Shown one piece after another: positions 39,040 to 49,252 of a stretch of 64,000 bases of DNA. The position numbers and the translations under genes are program-made. Each line of letters opens with the position of its first letter. Position 1 is the stretch's first letter. Source of the DNA: Octopus sinensis (taxonomy: Eukaryota); NCBI RefSeq assembly GCF_006345805.1, contig NC_043003.1:9300001-9364000 (forward strand), written 5' to 3'. The notes under the pieces are model-generated. The model had not been told where the DNA came from, ran no database searches, and saw only the letters and a program-made list of their open reading frames with translations.

Positions 39040-39043
<4 letters not shown>
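38185..39043. repeat. 859-bp A/T-only interrupted (TA)n tract, followed by (TATG)n
   Basis: No C or G seen between the G at 38184 and the G at 39044; source of the 343-aa and 228-aa IY-repeat ORFs. Confidence 0.92.
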
Positions 39044-39070
<27 letters not shown>

Positions 39071-40383
39071 TGTATGTATGTATGTATGTATGTATGTATG
39101 TATGTATGTGTGTGTGTGTGTCTCCGTGTTCGTGTATCTGTGTGTATATACATATGTATGTGTATATGTGTGTGCGTTTGTATTCACAGGACAACCATTT
39201 CTTCGCCATATTTCTTTTTCTTTTACACTTTATCCTCCTTCTAACCTTCGATCAAATTTTCTAATTCTCTCTAGAAAAGTTTAAGACCTATAAGACATCA
39301 ACTGCATTAATCTTTCAATGAGCTTGAAATTAGTAATTGCATCTTGTTTTCACTTTGTCATCCTTACTATCTGATTCGCAGTTAATTCTCTACTTATATA
39401 TAAATTGATGTATCAGTTATCTGCAATCTCCATCAAATGAATTATCTTGATTGAGGAATACTTGGTATTTATAAATTTGATATTATACAATTCCACCTTC
39501 TCGACAGTATATGTTTATTGGTATCTCTAAAAATCTAAAATTATAACTTTAGAGTCTAACGAGCATGCTTGCGGGCAAATTACTTCATTAATTAATTGAT
39601 TAATTGATTGCTTACAAAATTAATTATTGCATGGATTTACAAAAATTTATACGTACAAACTAATATATAGCGATGAAATTGTTTTTCTAACCATTCGTAA
39701 CGACCCTAACCTTGTATAAAGTTACGTAGCCTCATTCTCTCCATTTTTTCCGTTTGATTGATTGCTATTATACACTGCGATAACTGCACCAACCAACTGA
39801 TTGGCGAACTTCCTCACATTTACGGTTTGTACGGCACGCTCTATGGATTTAACCTATACAGATTCCCATCTTCCTCACTTGATATTCTGTTTGCAATATT
39901 CTTCGCATGGAATGCTGGTTCGAGGTTTTCGGCTGACTGCTTCAACCCCTATTTTCTATCACTATAAACTGTATAAACATACATATGTACATGCATTTCG
40001 ATGCAAAATGAGGGGACAGGGTACCCAGTATCTATAGTAAGGTTGGTTCATTTATTCGAGAGGAAGAACGCGTTTGTCGTTACTATTTTTTATTGTCATT
40101 GTGTCCTTCATATCGGGAAATATGAGGTGATAGCAGTTAATTGATGTATCATATCTTTCAAGTGTGTCTAGTGTGAAGGTTACACACACACATCAAATCA
40201 TTAAGAATGAAGTGTCCGATATTCTTATGCACCAAGTTTGACAGTCGTTAACTCTAATGTTTTATTCTGTTAATTCTTTGTTTTACAACATTGAAGAATC
40301 ACATCATCACTTTTCGAAGTGTAATTCATGGTATCTGATCATATCGTGAGTTTTTTTCTTGTAAATCAATTTTTGAGAATCCA

Positions 40384-40520
40384 TTGATAGATAAAAAAAT
40401 TCGTGTTGTTTATGAATACGAGTTCCGTCGTGGAACCAATGCATCTCAATCAGCTTGAAACATCAATGAAGTGTTTGGTGAAGAATGGCGAATAAACGCA
40501 CTGCCCGTTCATAGTTTGAA
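40384..40520 (+). mobile_element. Mariner transposase N-terminal remnant
   Basis: IDKKIRVVYEYEFRRGTNASQSA*NINEVFGEE/ANKRTARS*F resembles mariner N-termini (Hsmar1-type DKKQIRAIFLFEFKMG..NINNAFG..ANERT..WF). Confidence 0.75.
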
Positions 40521-40803
40521 TCATATATCAATCCAAATGTAATTTATTTTTTATTCAGTTGAAAGTTTTCTATGTGTATTTGGTTTAAAGGTCGACTAAT
40601 ACTTGATCTCGTGTAACTGATGCCACCTATATTTTTCGACGTGACTTCATAAAATTGCAGTAACGCATAATTCTAAAACAATCTTTATGATTTTCTCAAG
40701 TACGTATGCTGTCATATTTGCGTGCACATGTTACCGACTTCATGAATTATATATCACTACCGATATTCTTACTTTCGTATACATTCTTTGATATATATAT
40801 TGC

Positions 40804-41085
40804 TTTCAAATTTTGGCAAAAGGCGAATATGATCGGGATAATGGTCAAGTCGATTACGTCGAACTCAGTGCCCATCCCGATGAGATGAAAGGCAAAGTCG
40901 GATTCATTGAACGTGAATACGGATGCTTGTTGATTATATATATTATATGTTCCAAATTTTGGCATAAGACCAGAAATTTCGGAGGAGGGGTTAAGTTCAA
41001 CTGTTACTTATTTTATCGATTCCGAAAGGATGAGTGGCAAAGTCAACTCTGGCAGGATTTGAACTCAGAGAGTAAAGACACACGC
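40804..41085 (-). mobile_element. Two diverged SINE family A (tail type 2) fragments
   Basis: TTTCAAATTTTGGCA tails at about 40804 and 40950, plus GATGA..GGCAAAGTC cores. Confidence 0.7.
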
Positions 41086-42059
41086 CTATTGATAAGTATT
41101 AAAAACAAAAGTTTGTACGAAGTTCCTACTAGTATATTTTTGTAGTCGCTTCATTTTAGGTCTGAGCTGTTTAAGAGAGAGAAGTAAGATCTTGCGCCGA
41201 ATTGGCTGTTGCGTATATTGCATGAGTTGATGCAGTTTCGGCTAGTGAAGTTTTCTACATTGATTATAGTTATATTTGCGTTTAATTTACATTAGTGTAA
41301 TGTCTATTTCTCCTTTTTGTAAATTCTGTATTATAATCTAGTATTAAATTGGTTTAATAAGCATTAATTTATTATCTTTATGTCTAACTTTGTTTTGTCT
41401 TGCCTAAGCTCTAGCCATTTTTATTCCTGGATGGTTATAATAGGCATTTCATGAAATTATTAGTTTGGAAATGCACACTTTGTCTTAGGTGAATTGGTGA
41501 CTGTTCTATCACAAATACATGTACCTGCTTTTTTTAATATACCCACAATTCTCATTTAGAGTTTAAATATATTTTCGATACTGTTAGCATAATTGGATTG
41601 AATGTTATTGCTTATCAAAATCATAACGACTTCTAATTGAGTAGCTGTGAATGGGAAGTCTATGTTTATTTAGGTAATTTTGGCTGCTTTAGTAACTAGT
41701 TGTATATACCTTGTCAGTATGTTCACTCTTTTATTCATTCTATTTGATAATTTTATGCTCTTCAGCGTTTCGACTTTTTATCTGTGCTAAAGCTTTTGGA
41801 ATGTCTCATAGAAATCTAAGTTTAACTCTAATTGTGTTAACTATTATTTAGATTTACTTTATCATGATATTATAGCAGTAATATATCTAATTGATTCTAG
41901 ATTAAGGTTTCACTTGGTGATTATTGTCAGTCAGGGTGGTTTAGTCATTAAAAAATTGGATGGGTTAGCTAGTACTTGATTATAATGGATTAGTGCCAAT
42001 TAGAAACACACGCACACACTTACACTTATACATAAGTGTGTGTGCAAATGCCTATATCT

Positions 42060-42300
42060 ATACACCTTTCTCGTCCAATATTCCTGGGATTATCGTGGGG
42101 GTAGAGTCCTCAGGTACCTCCTCATTAGATACCTTCTTCCAATCAGAAGCGATCTTCATTAGATATTCCGAATGGATTCCTAAGCGCGGCCAACTGAGGC
42201 TATAGATTCTCTCCAACTATTGCGTTCTTGGTCTACTCTTAAGTTTCCTGCTGGTTGACTTGGCTTGAAAATTCCGTCTTGCGATTCTTGTGACATTGCA
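42060..42300 (-). mobile_element. RTE-clade LINE 3' end remnant (Expander/Rex3-like C-terminus)
   Basis: Minus strand with frameshifts: MSQE../SRPRTQ*LERIYSLSWPRLGIHSEYLMKIASDW/RYLRTLPPR*, matching the GRPRTRW..L.WSRLGI..IA.DR..W..L.LLPPR pattern. Confidence 0.6.
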
Positions 42301-43166
42301 ATCGTACCTTTATAGTACCGGAGCTGTTACTAAATATGTGTGCGTGTGTGCGTGCTTGTGTGTGTATATACCTACGCATGAATGTGCGCGCGGCGTCTCT
42401 GTTTACGTTTCGGCAATTTCAACTAATCGTTGTTTATATGTCCCCTCTATCTCCTGTGGCATAGTGGTTTGATAAAAATTTAATCAATATGACAGACCAA
42501 TGTTCTTGGCAGCAGTGCTCCTGCGTTGCGACGATAGTGCTACGTATATGCATGTATGTATGAATGTAATGTAGGTCAGTCTTTATTTGTGGGAAAATAT
42601 CTTTTTTATACCATAGTGAAATATATTCTTATGAATATACAAGCACTTTTCAGACTATCAGATATTTCCGAATGTTTTACTTTTTATTATAGATTTATAG
42701 ACACTGTAGCAGTACACTGATGCAGATATAATTCAATATACACATTTTACAACTTGAGATATTTCATTATCCAGTCATTCATCGATGCATTCATCATCTT
42801 CATATAAATTTGTTGAAAACCATTTCCAACACACAAAAGCAAACCTGTCAAATAAATTGACGCTTGCAGTATAAGATCTAGATCCTATTTCACCGAAGTA
42901 GGTGATATATAATGATGTGAATGAAAATGATTCTATTCATTCGTTTTATTTTCCAGAATTTTACCAGAGTAGAATTTATCACAATTTTTTGTCACGAATC
43001 TTCTATTTCAGTGAAATTACTCTATCTTTTGTATTTTGTTTTATTTGAATCTTCATTTATTTGGTTACATGATTTTATTTGATGTGCAAATGTGTGGATC
43101 CGTAGTATTGTATGAGCTGGATAAATCCATTGAAAAATATATTCAGGGGTCAAATTGACTACTGAC

Positions 43167-43909
43167 TAACAATTTGAAGTTCGTGAAAGTCGTCTGCTGC
43201 TGGAGAGGACCGATCAGGTAAAGGACCTGGGTATCTTGGTGGATTCCTCCTTTTCGCCTTCGGCCCAGTGCGTCCATGCTGCCAACAAAGCGCGCGGAAT
43301 TCTGTTTTTGATTCGACGGTCATTCGGAATTTCTCACAGCAGCCATATTCCTGCCACTCTATGTCACGCTGGTGAGACCCATATTGGAGTATGGGATTCA
43401 AGCCTCTTCTCCTTATCTCCTCAAAGACATACAGCATCTCGAAAGAGTCCAGAGGCTGGCTACTCGCATGGTTCATGGTCTCAAAAATTTGTCCTACGAA
43501 GAAAGGCTGAGGACGCTCGACCTTTATTCTCTTGAAAAACGCCGCCGCCGTGGTGATCTCATTCTCGCCCACAACATCATAAGCGGGAAGTGTAACCTCT
43601 CGAAAGAGCTGTTCTTCACTCCTGCTCCGGAGCGTCGGCTGCGGGGTCATTCCGAAAAGCTCTACCTGCGACGATTTCATCTCAATCGAAGGAGAGGAGC
43701 TTTCTCCGTCCGGGTTGCGGATCCGTGGAACAAGCTGCCAGACGAGATGGTGAAGATGCCGACGACCGCTTTGTTCAAAGCCTCCCTGGACCTCAAGTGG
43801 CCTGAACTCTTTACATGAACACCACCCTGTACTTAACTCCATGTCCCCCTACATGGCCTTGCTATTTGCTTTTGAGCCAAATTAACTAACTAACTAACTA
43901 ACTAACTAA
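43167..43909 (+). mobile_element. CR1-clade LINE, 5'-truncated 3' end (RT C-terminal region), one frameshift, (AACT)n tail
   Basis: QVKDLGILVDSSFSPSAQCVHAANKARGILFLIRRSF/LYVTLVRPILEYG..DIQHLERVQRLATRMV..LSYEERLRTLDLYSLEKRRRRGDLI..RGHSEKL..FSVRVADPWNKLP..FKASLD; much higher GC than the flanks; tail at 43882-43909. Confidence 0.93.
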
Positions 43910-44298
43910 AATGCTACCAACTGACTGGATGTAAAATTATTACATGCATAGAAATTTCCCTCGAAACTATATCCACTGTTTAGCTAAAGCCTCACCAAAT
44001 TAGAAATAGGCTCCACCGGCGAACCACAACACTTCTTTGTTGCAGAATTGTTTTTAATATCTCAGAATATTCATATGCACAGACGCACCTATAATACACA
44101 AATTAATATATTGATTAGAATAGCATCAAGTGAGCTGTATTTTAGAACTACGAACGACAAATAATTAGTAAATATTTTACTTCTACATGCTTTCTTGTTT
44201 GAAAACAATACTACGAAATTTATCTTTAAAAGGAAGAATTCTTACGACTACACAACATATGAAAACCTTCCGAATATGTTCAGTATATATGTATATGT

Positions 44299-44607
44299 GG
44301 AGGGGCAATGGCCCAGTGGTTAGGGTAGCGGACTCGCGGTCGTAAGATCGCGGTTTCGATTCCCAGACCGGGCGTTGTGTGTGTTTATTGAGCGAAAACA
44401 CCTAAAAAGCTTCACGAGGCTCCGGCAGGGGGTGGTGATCCCTGCTGTACTCTTTCACCACTCTTTCTCCCACTTTCTTCTGTTGGCCTGCTGTTGGCCG
44501 TCGTTCGAAGGCTAAAACAATGCGAACGCATTGTGACCAGCGATGTGTAGCAACATCTGATGGTCTGGTCAGTCACGTGATATCACGTGATCACGTGATC
44601 ACGTGAT
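44299..44607 (+). mobile_element. SINE family B, full length, tail ending in CACGTGAT repeats
   Basis: Matches 18259-18574; ATATATGTATAT on both sides (possible TSD, low complexity). Confidence 0.9.
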
Positions 44608-44812
44608 ATATGTATATATTTATGCTTTACAAAATATACAAACGAGTTTAACACTGTCACTAATTGTTTGTGTTTGCGTTGGAGAGTTCAATCTGTTTTG
44701 AGTTCCAGTAAAACGGATTGACATCTCCGTAGAGCTGTTTGATAATAAGCATAGACCACCTGTTAGCCTTAGGCCCTATAAAACATGAATGGTGTACGGG
44801 CGCGCGCGCGTG

Positions 44813-44855
<43 letters not shown>

Positions 44856-44970
44856 CGCTACTTGATACTGGGTCGGTACTTATTTTCAGCTGAGTGGGCT
44901 GGAACAACTTATATAGAATTTCATCAAGGATACAACAATCCCAGAATCCTAAGCAGTAGTCCATTTGCCT

Positions 44971-45008
<38 letters not shown>

Positions 45009-45863
45009 TAATCAAATTACACCTAACAGAAAATTACAAAATATAATGTATAGTTTATAGATCCATATGTATGAAGTTATACACACACGCACATACACAG
45101 AATCTGCACACACAAATACAAACAGAAATACAGGCAGATCTGTACAGGTTTTCTGTTTGTGTGTTGATTATGACATAAGTTTCCCGTAGCAAGAAACACG
45201 ATTACATGTACGAACTGATATTTAATCAAATCCACATTTTGTTCAACTATACAAACGACTAGTGAGTACAGATTATAAAAGAACTGATTGTACACCTAAA
45301 TAAACATAGCTAATTACAAAGGATTAAATACTAGACTGAACTCTAAGCTCTAACCTCCACATTCAACCCAAACAAAAGGGAACGTGGAGGTTGTTGTCAA
45401 AATAAAATCAACAACTAAACCTTGTGACACACCTAATGACTACCTAACATTCTCACTTATCTACATTCTTTTGCACACACCTGAAAGCAACCGCAAGACT
45501 GAAGCTGACACGCCTAAATAGACACACCTGATTACAAAGTTTTACATACATCACTAAATTCTGAACAGTAAAATCAATTCTAAATTTATTCAATAAGTAG
45601 CTTCCATCACAACCTACGCTTTTACCTAATTACCACTCAACGGAACTCCACCTACCGCAGAAAATCTTAAGAGCGACTACATAAAGATGATAGTGGAAAC
45701 TTCCGAGTCACTGTTAATACTTTTCTTGTCAGAGGATAATAAATATGCATTCTTCAATTAAGTGTAAAATTATTTTTAATATAACATAATAAAAATAATT
45801 CTCCCCACTGTGTGTGTGTATGTATGTATGTATGTATGTATGTATGTATGTATTTCTACATAC

Positions 45864-45897
<34 letters not shown>

Positions 45898-46020
45898 AAT
45901 AGTAATGATAAGACAACAAAAGAATGAATGAGACCTCGATATTATGTAAATAGAGGAATTTATCTGTAATATAGTGACAACCGAATAATTGTCACATATT
46001 ATATTACATATATATATGCA

Positions 46021-46089
<69 letters not shown>

Positions 46090-46289
46090 CATTAGTTTAT
46101 CATAACTTTCAACCAGAGGCTGTGGCTATACTGTGGGCATCACCATAAACGCTACTGCTTGCTTATGTTAGACTTACTTCTCGACCTTGTCTCGGGAATC
46201 GGTCCTGGCGAAGTAGAAAGTTGGACAGAACTGGCCTTTTTTGCGAGCTTTGCTGTGCTATGGCTTAAGTTGGCATACCAGAAAAAATT

Positions 46290-46450
46290 GTAGAATTGTT
46301 CCTCGAACGCATTTACATCTATACCATATAGATCATTAAGGTATTGAAAAGTTGTGGGGCCTTTAAACCCTGAGCTGTTACAATAGTGGATCCTTACTCT
46401 GGAGAAAGTGGGATCTTTGGTAGTATATAGAGGCATCCAATCCAATGATG
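46290..46450 (-). mobile_element. Possible Helitron Rep-domain remnant
   Basis: WIGCLYILPK/DPTFSRVR..FKGPTTFQYLNDLYG resembles Helitron IGRLY.V.P..ERFYLR.LL..VKGPTSF.DL..V.G. Confidence 0.35.
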
Positions 46451-46509
46451 GGTATAGATTTCTATCTCAAAATTGGGTGCTAAAGTTCCAAGAACTTCTA
46501 TATCACTCG

Positions 46510-46571
<62 letters not shown>

Positions 46572-47165
46572 ATCCACATTAAGCACATAAATGCTAAAAT
46601 ATGTTATAATATATATATATATATATATATATGTCTTTGTGTTTGTGTTTGTCTATCACCAATACTTGACAATTGGCGTTGGTGTGTTTGCGTTCCCGTA
46701 ACTTAGAAGTTCAGCGCGAGAGACCAAAATAATAAGAACACAGGCTTTAAACAAAGTACTCAGGTAGATTCATCCAATTGAAACTTATTTAAGTTGGTGC
46801 ACCTGCTTGGTCACAATCTACTGAAAAGTGTGTATTCTCCGTTACAGAATAATCGTACGAAATATATCAGAAAACAATAAAACAAGGTTGTAAATTGTCT
46901 AAATATGCCTTTCCCGTCTAAATCTGTCCGACTATGAGGAACGCTTCCGGGGAGACCTCTGAATAGGCAAGTTTTTGATCTCTGCTGCACAGGACAGCAA
47001 AACATCAGCACTTCAAGAGAAAAAAAGTTGCTACCGCGTCTGCTGGTTTAACACGGCTGAAAGTCAAGCAGTTAAATGCCTGCTTCCTCTGTCTTTCTTG
47101 GTCACTCACTCATGTTTGTTTTGTCACGCTTTTTACGCCCCTCCTCGAAAATGGAATACATACAT

Positions 47166-47223
47166 ATTATAACTTAGGGTATCTACGAAATACTGGTATT
47201 TCGTAGATACCTTAAGTTATAAT
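47166..47223. repeat. 58-bp near-perfect palindrome (28-bp arms, 2-nt spacer, one mismatch)
   Basis: ATTATAACTTAGGGTATCTACGAAATAC-TG-GTATTTCGTAGATACCTTAAGTTATAAT. Confidence 0.92.
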
Positions 47224-47593
47224 TATTACCTTTGAAGGTTTTTATTTCCATGCTGGCCACTGATAAGAGCGTTGTTTAATTTAAATTAACGATCTTATCC
47301 TTATATATATATATATATATATATAAGTATAAAATTGTGTATATGTATAAAATTGTGTGTATATATATATATATGCATGTAGTTGAAAAATATCGTTATA
47401 GGTATAAATATACCATAAACAATTATAGAAAAATGGAGCAGAAAAAGATGTTGAATAAAAATTAGATTTAATACAAAATAAGATTCAATACATACACTCG
47501 TTTCAAAGGACAGTACAAATATGTAAGAAAAGAATTATATTTTTTTCTTACATATGTATTGTATGTATATATATATATATATATATATATAAA

Positions 47594-47865
47594 GTTAATC
47601 CAAACATGAAAACACAAAGAGAAAACACAACAACGCAAGGACGTGGAACAAATATAGTATTATTGGACGCTCAGGAAGGACGAGAAGAAGGGTTCAACGT
47701 TTCGAGCGGAGCTCTTCGTCAGAAACATAGGAAAAGGAAAGTTCCAGAGAAGGGAAGACGGAGGAAAAAAATCGCCAACGGTACACATGCGGTCACATTT
47801 TGAATGACCGGAAGGAAATGGGTGAAGAAAAGTTCTTTCAAAAACAGGAGAGTGTAAGAGGAGGT
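47594..47865 (-). mobile_element. Family P1 pseudo-LTR remnant (longer copy)
   Basis: Reverse complement matches 3152-3290 and extends about 135 bp further 5'; its 3' end abuts (TA)n at about 47566-47590. Confidence 0.75.
47692..47726 (-). ncRNA. Minimal type-I hammerhead ribozyme motif (35 nt)
   Basis: Minus strand GTTT-CTGACGA-A-GAGC-TCC-GCTC-GAAA-CGTT-GAAC: stem I GTTT/GAAC, perfect 4-bp stem II, loop-less palindromic stem III (AACGTT), GUU triplet. Confidence 0.65.
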
Positions 47866-47909
47866 ATGTGTGTGTAAGTGTGGATATGTGCGTGCGCGAA
47901 GGTCTGCGC

Positions 47910-47944
<35 letters not shown>

Positions 47945-48905
47945 CAATGATAACACATGTGTGAGTGTGGTTGTGACTGTTAATCTATGTGTGTGGCAGG
48001 GCTTAGTATTGTTTAAGGTTAAGGAAGGAATTAGGAGTGGCTCTTGTGTCTACCCATGGTCAGTGAGAGGTACTGCTTGTTTGAAGTACGTGTGTGCGTG
48101 TATGTATATGGATTGTGTGCGTGTTTTGTTTGTAGTGTGTGTGTGTGTGTGTGTGTGCGTATGTATGTGTGTGTTCGTGTGTGTATGCGTAGAGTTTGTG
48201 TGTGTGGCGAATAACTGCTTTACTTTGTGTATGTGTGCGTGTGTGCTTGTACGTACGTATGTGTGTACACATGTATGTATAATTGTGTGCTGTGTGTATG
48301 GGATGTATGTGTGGGTTCATTTGTGTGTGTGTGTTTATGTATGTGCGTGCTTGTCGTATGTGCGTCTGTGTCTGTGCCCATGTGTGTATAATTGTGTGCG
48401 TATCTGTATGAGTATTGTTTGTTGGAGGTATATGTGGGCATCTGTGCTGGTGTGTGTGTATGTACGTGTGTATATGTGTGTGTGCGTGTATCATGTGTGT
48501 ATGTATGTGCGTGTGTGCATGTGTGTATGTGCGTGCGTGTGTATATGTGTGTGTGAACGTGGAGATATGTGTCAGGTTGTGTTCATTTTATTGTGTGTAC
48601 GCGCGTGTGCTTGAGTATGTGCGTGTATGTGGTTGTGTGTACGTTTATGTGTGTGTCTAAAGGTATGTGTGTGCTTGGGGTTGGGTGGCATAGGTTTCTG
48701 TGCCTTCGTCTGTGGGTGTACGCTTGTGTACGTGTGTGTGTGTACGCGCATATATGTGTGTGCGCGTGGGTGTATGTGGGTTGGTGTATATGTGTATGTA
48801 TGCGTGTGTATATGTGCGTGGTAGTATGTGTGCGTATATGTGCATGTATGTATGTTGTATGTGTGTGGTGTGTGGGAGGTATGTGTGTGTGTGTGTATGT
48901 GTTCG
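47866..48905. repeat. About 1-kb degenerate (GT)n-rich alternating purine/pyrimidine field
   Basis: Direct reading; source of the CV/VC/THT ORFs, including the 248-aa frame. Confidence 0.9.
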
Positions 48906-48941
48906 TGTATAAAAACAATAAAATTATAAACATATACATAC

Positions 48942-49004
<63 letters not shown>

Positions 49005-49010
<6 letters not shown>

Positions 49011-49252
49011 GAATGACCATGGGATTCCACCTAGAATTGTGAGGCACAAGTCCGGGCAAGGTTGTTTGTGGAAGCCAGCAGGCGTCCATGAATACCAGCC
49101 TCCCCTCTCCACACCACTGATGTTATCGAAGGGATATAGCTTGGCGAGTCAACTGGAGCAACGTGAAACAAACTGTCTTACTCAAGAACACAACGCGCAG
49201 TCCGGTCCGGGAATCGAAGTCCCAACTTCACGAACGTAAGCTCGACACTCTA
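49005..49252 (-). mobile_element. SINE family D (tRNA head, central domain, own tail)
   Basis: Minus strand: CTTCGATTCCCGGACCGGAC...GTTCTTGAGTAAGACAGTTTGTTTCACGTTGCTCCAGTTGACTC...TGGTGTGGAGAGGGGAGGCTGG...CCCATGGTCATTC. Confidence 0.75.

Noticed and set aside
38122-39209. 343-aa, 228-aa and 114-aa ORFs
   Set aside because: Translations of the (TA)n/(TACA)n tract (IY repeats); no coding signal.
43159-43842. 227-aa minus-strand ORF
   Set aside because: Antisense shadow of the GC-rich CR1 ORF.
5820-44360. tRNA-like A/B boxes at several positions
   Set aside because: All are heads of repeated SINEs and continue into SINE bodies; no complete cloverleaf.
46921-46965. YEER / RGDL words resembling a deleted CR1 fragment
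   Set aside because: About 45 bp only; not distinguishable from chance.
47868-49089. Cys/Val-rich and His/Thr-rich ORFs up to 248 aa
   Set aside because: Reading frames of degenerate (GT)n, which rarely contains stops.
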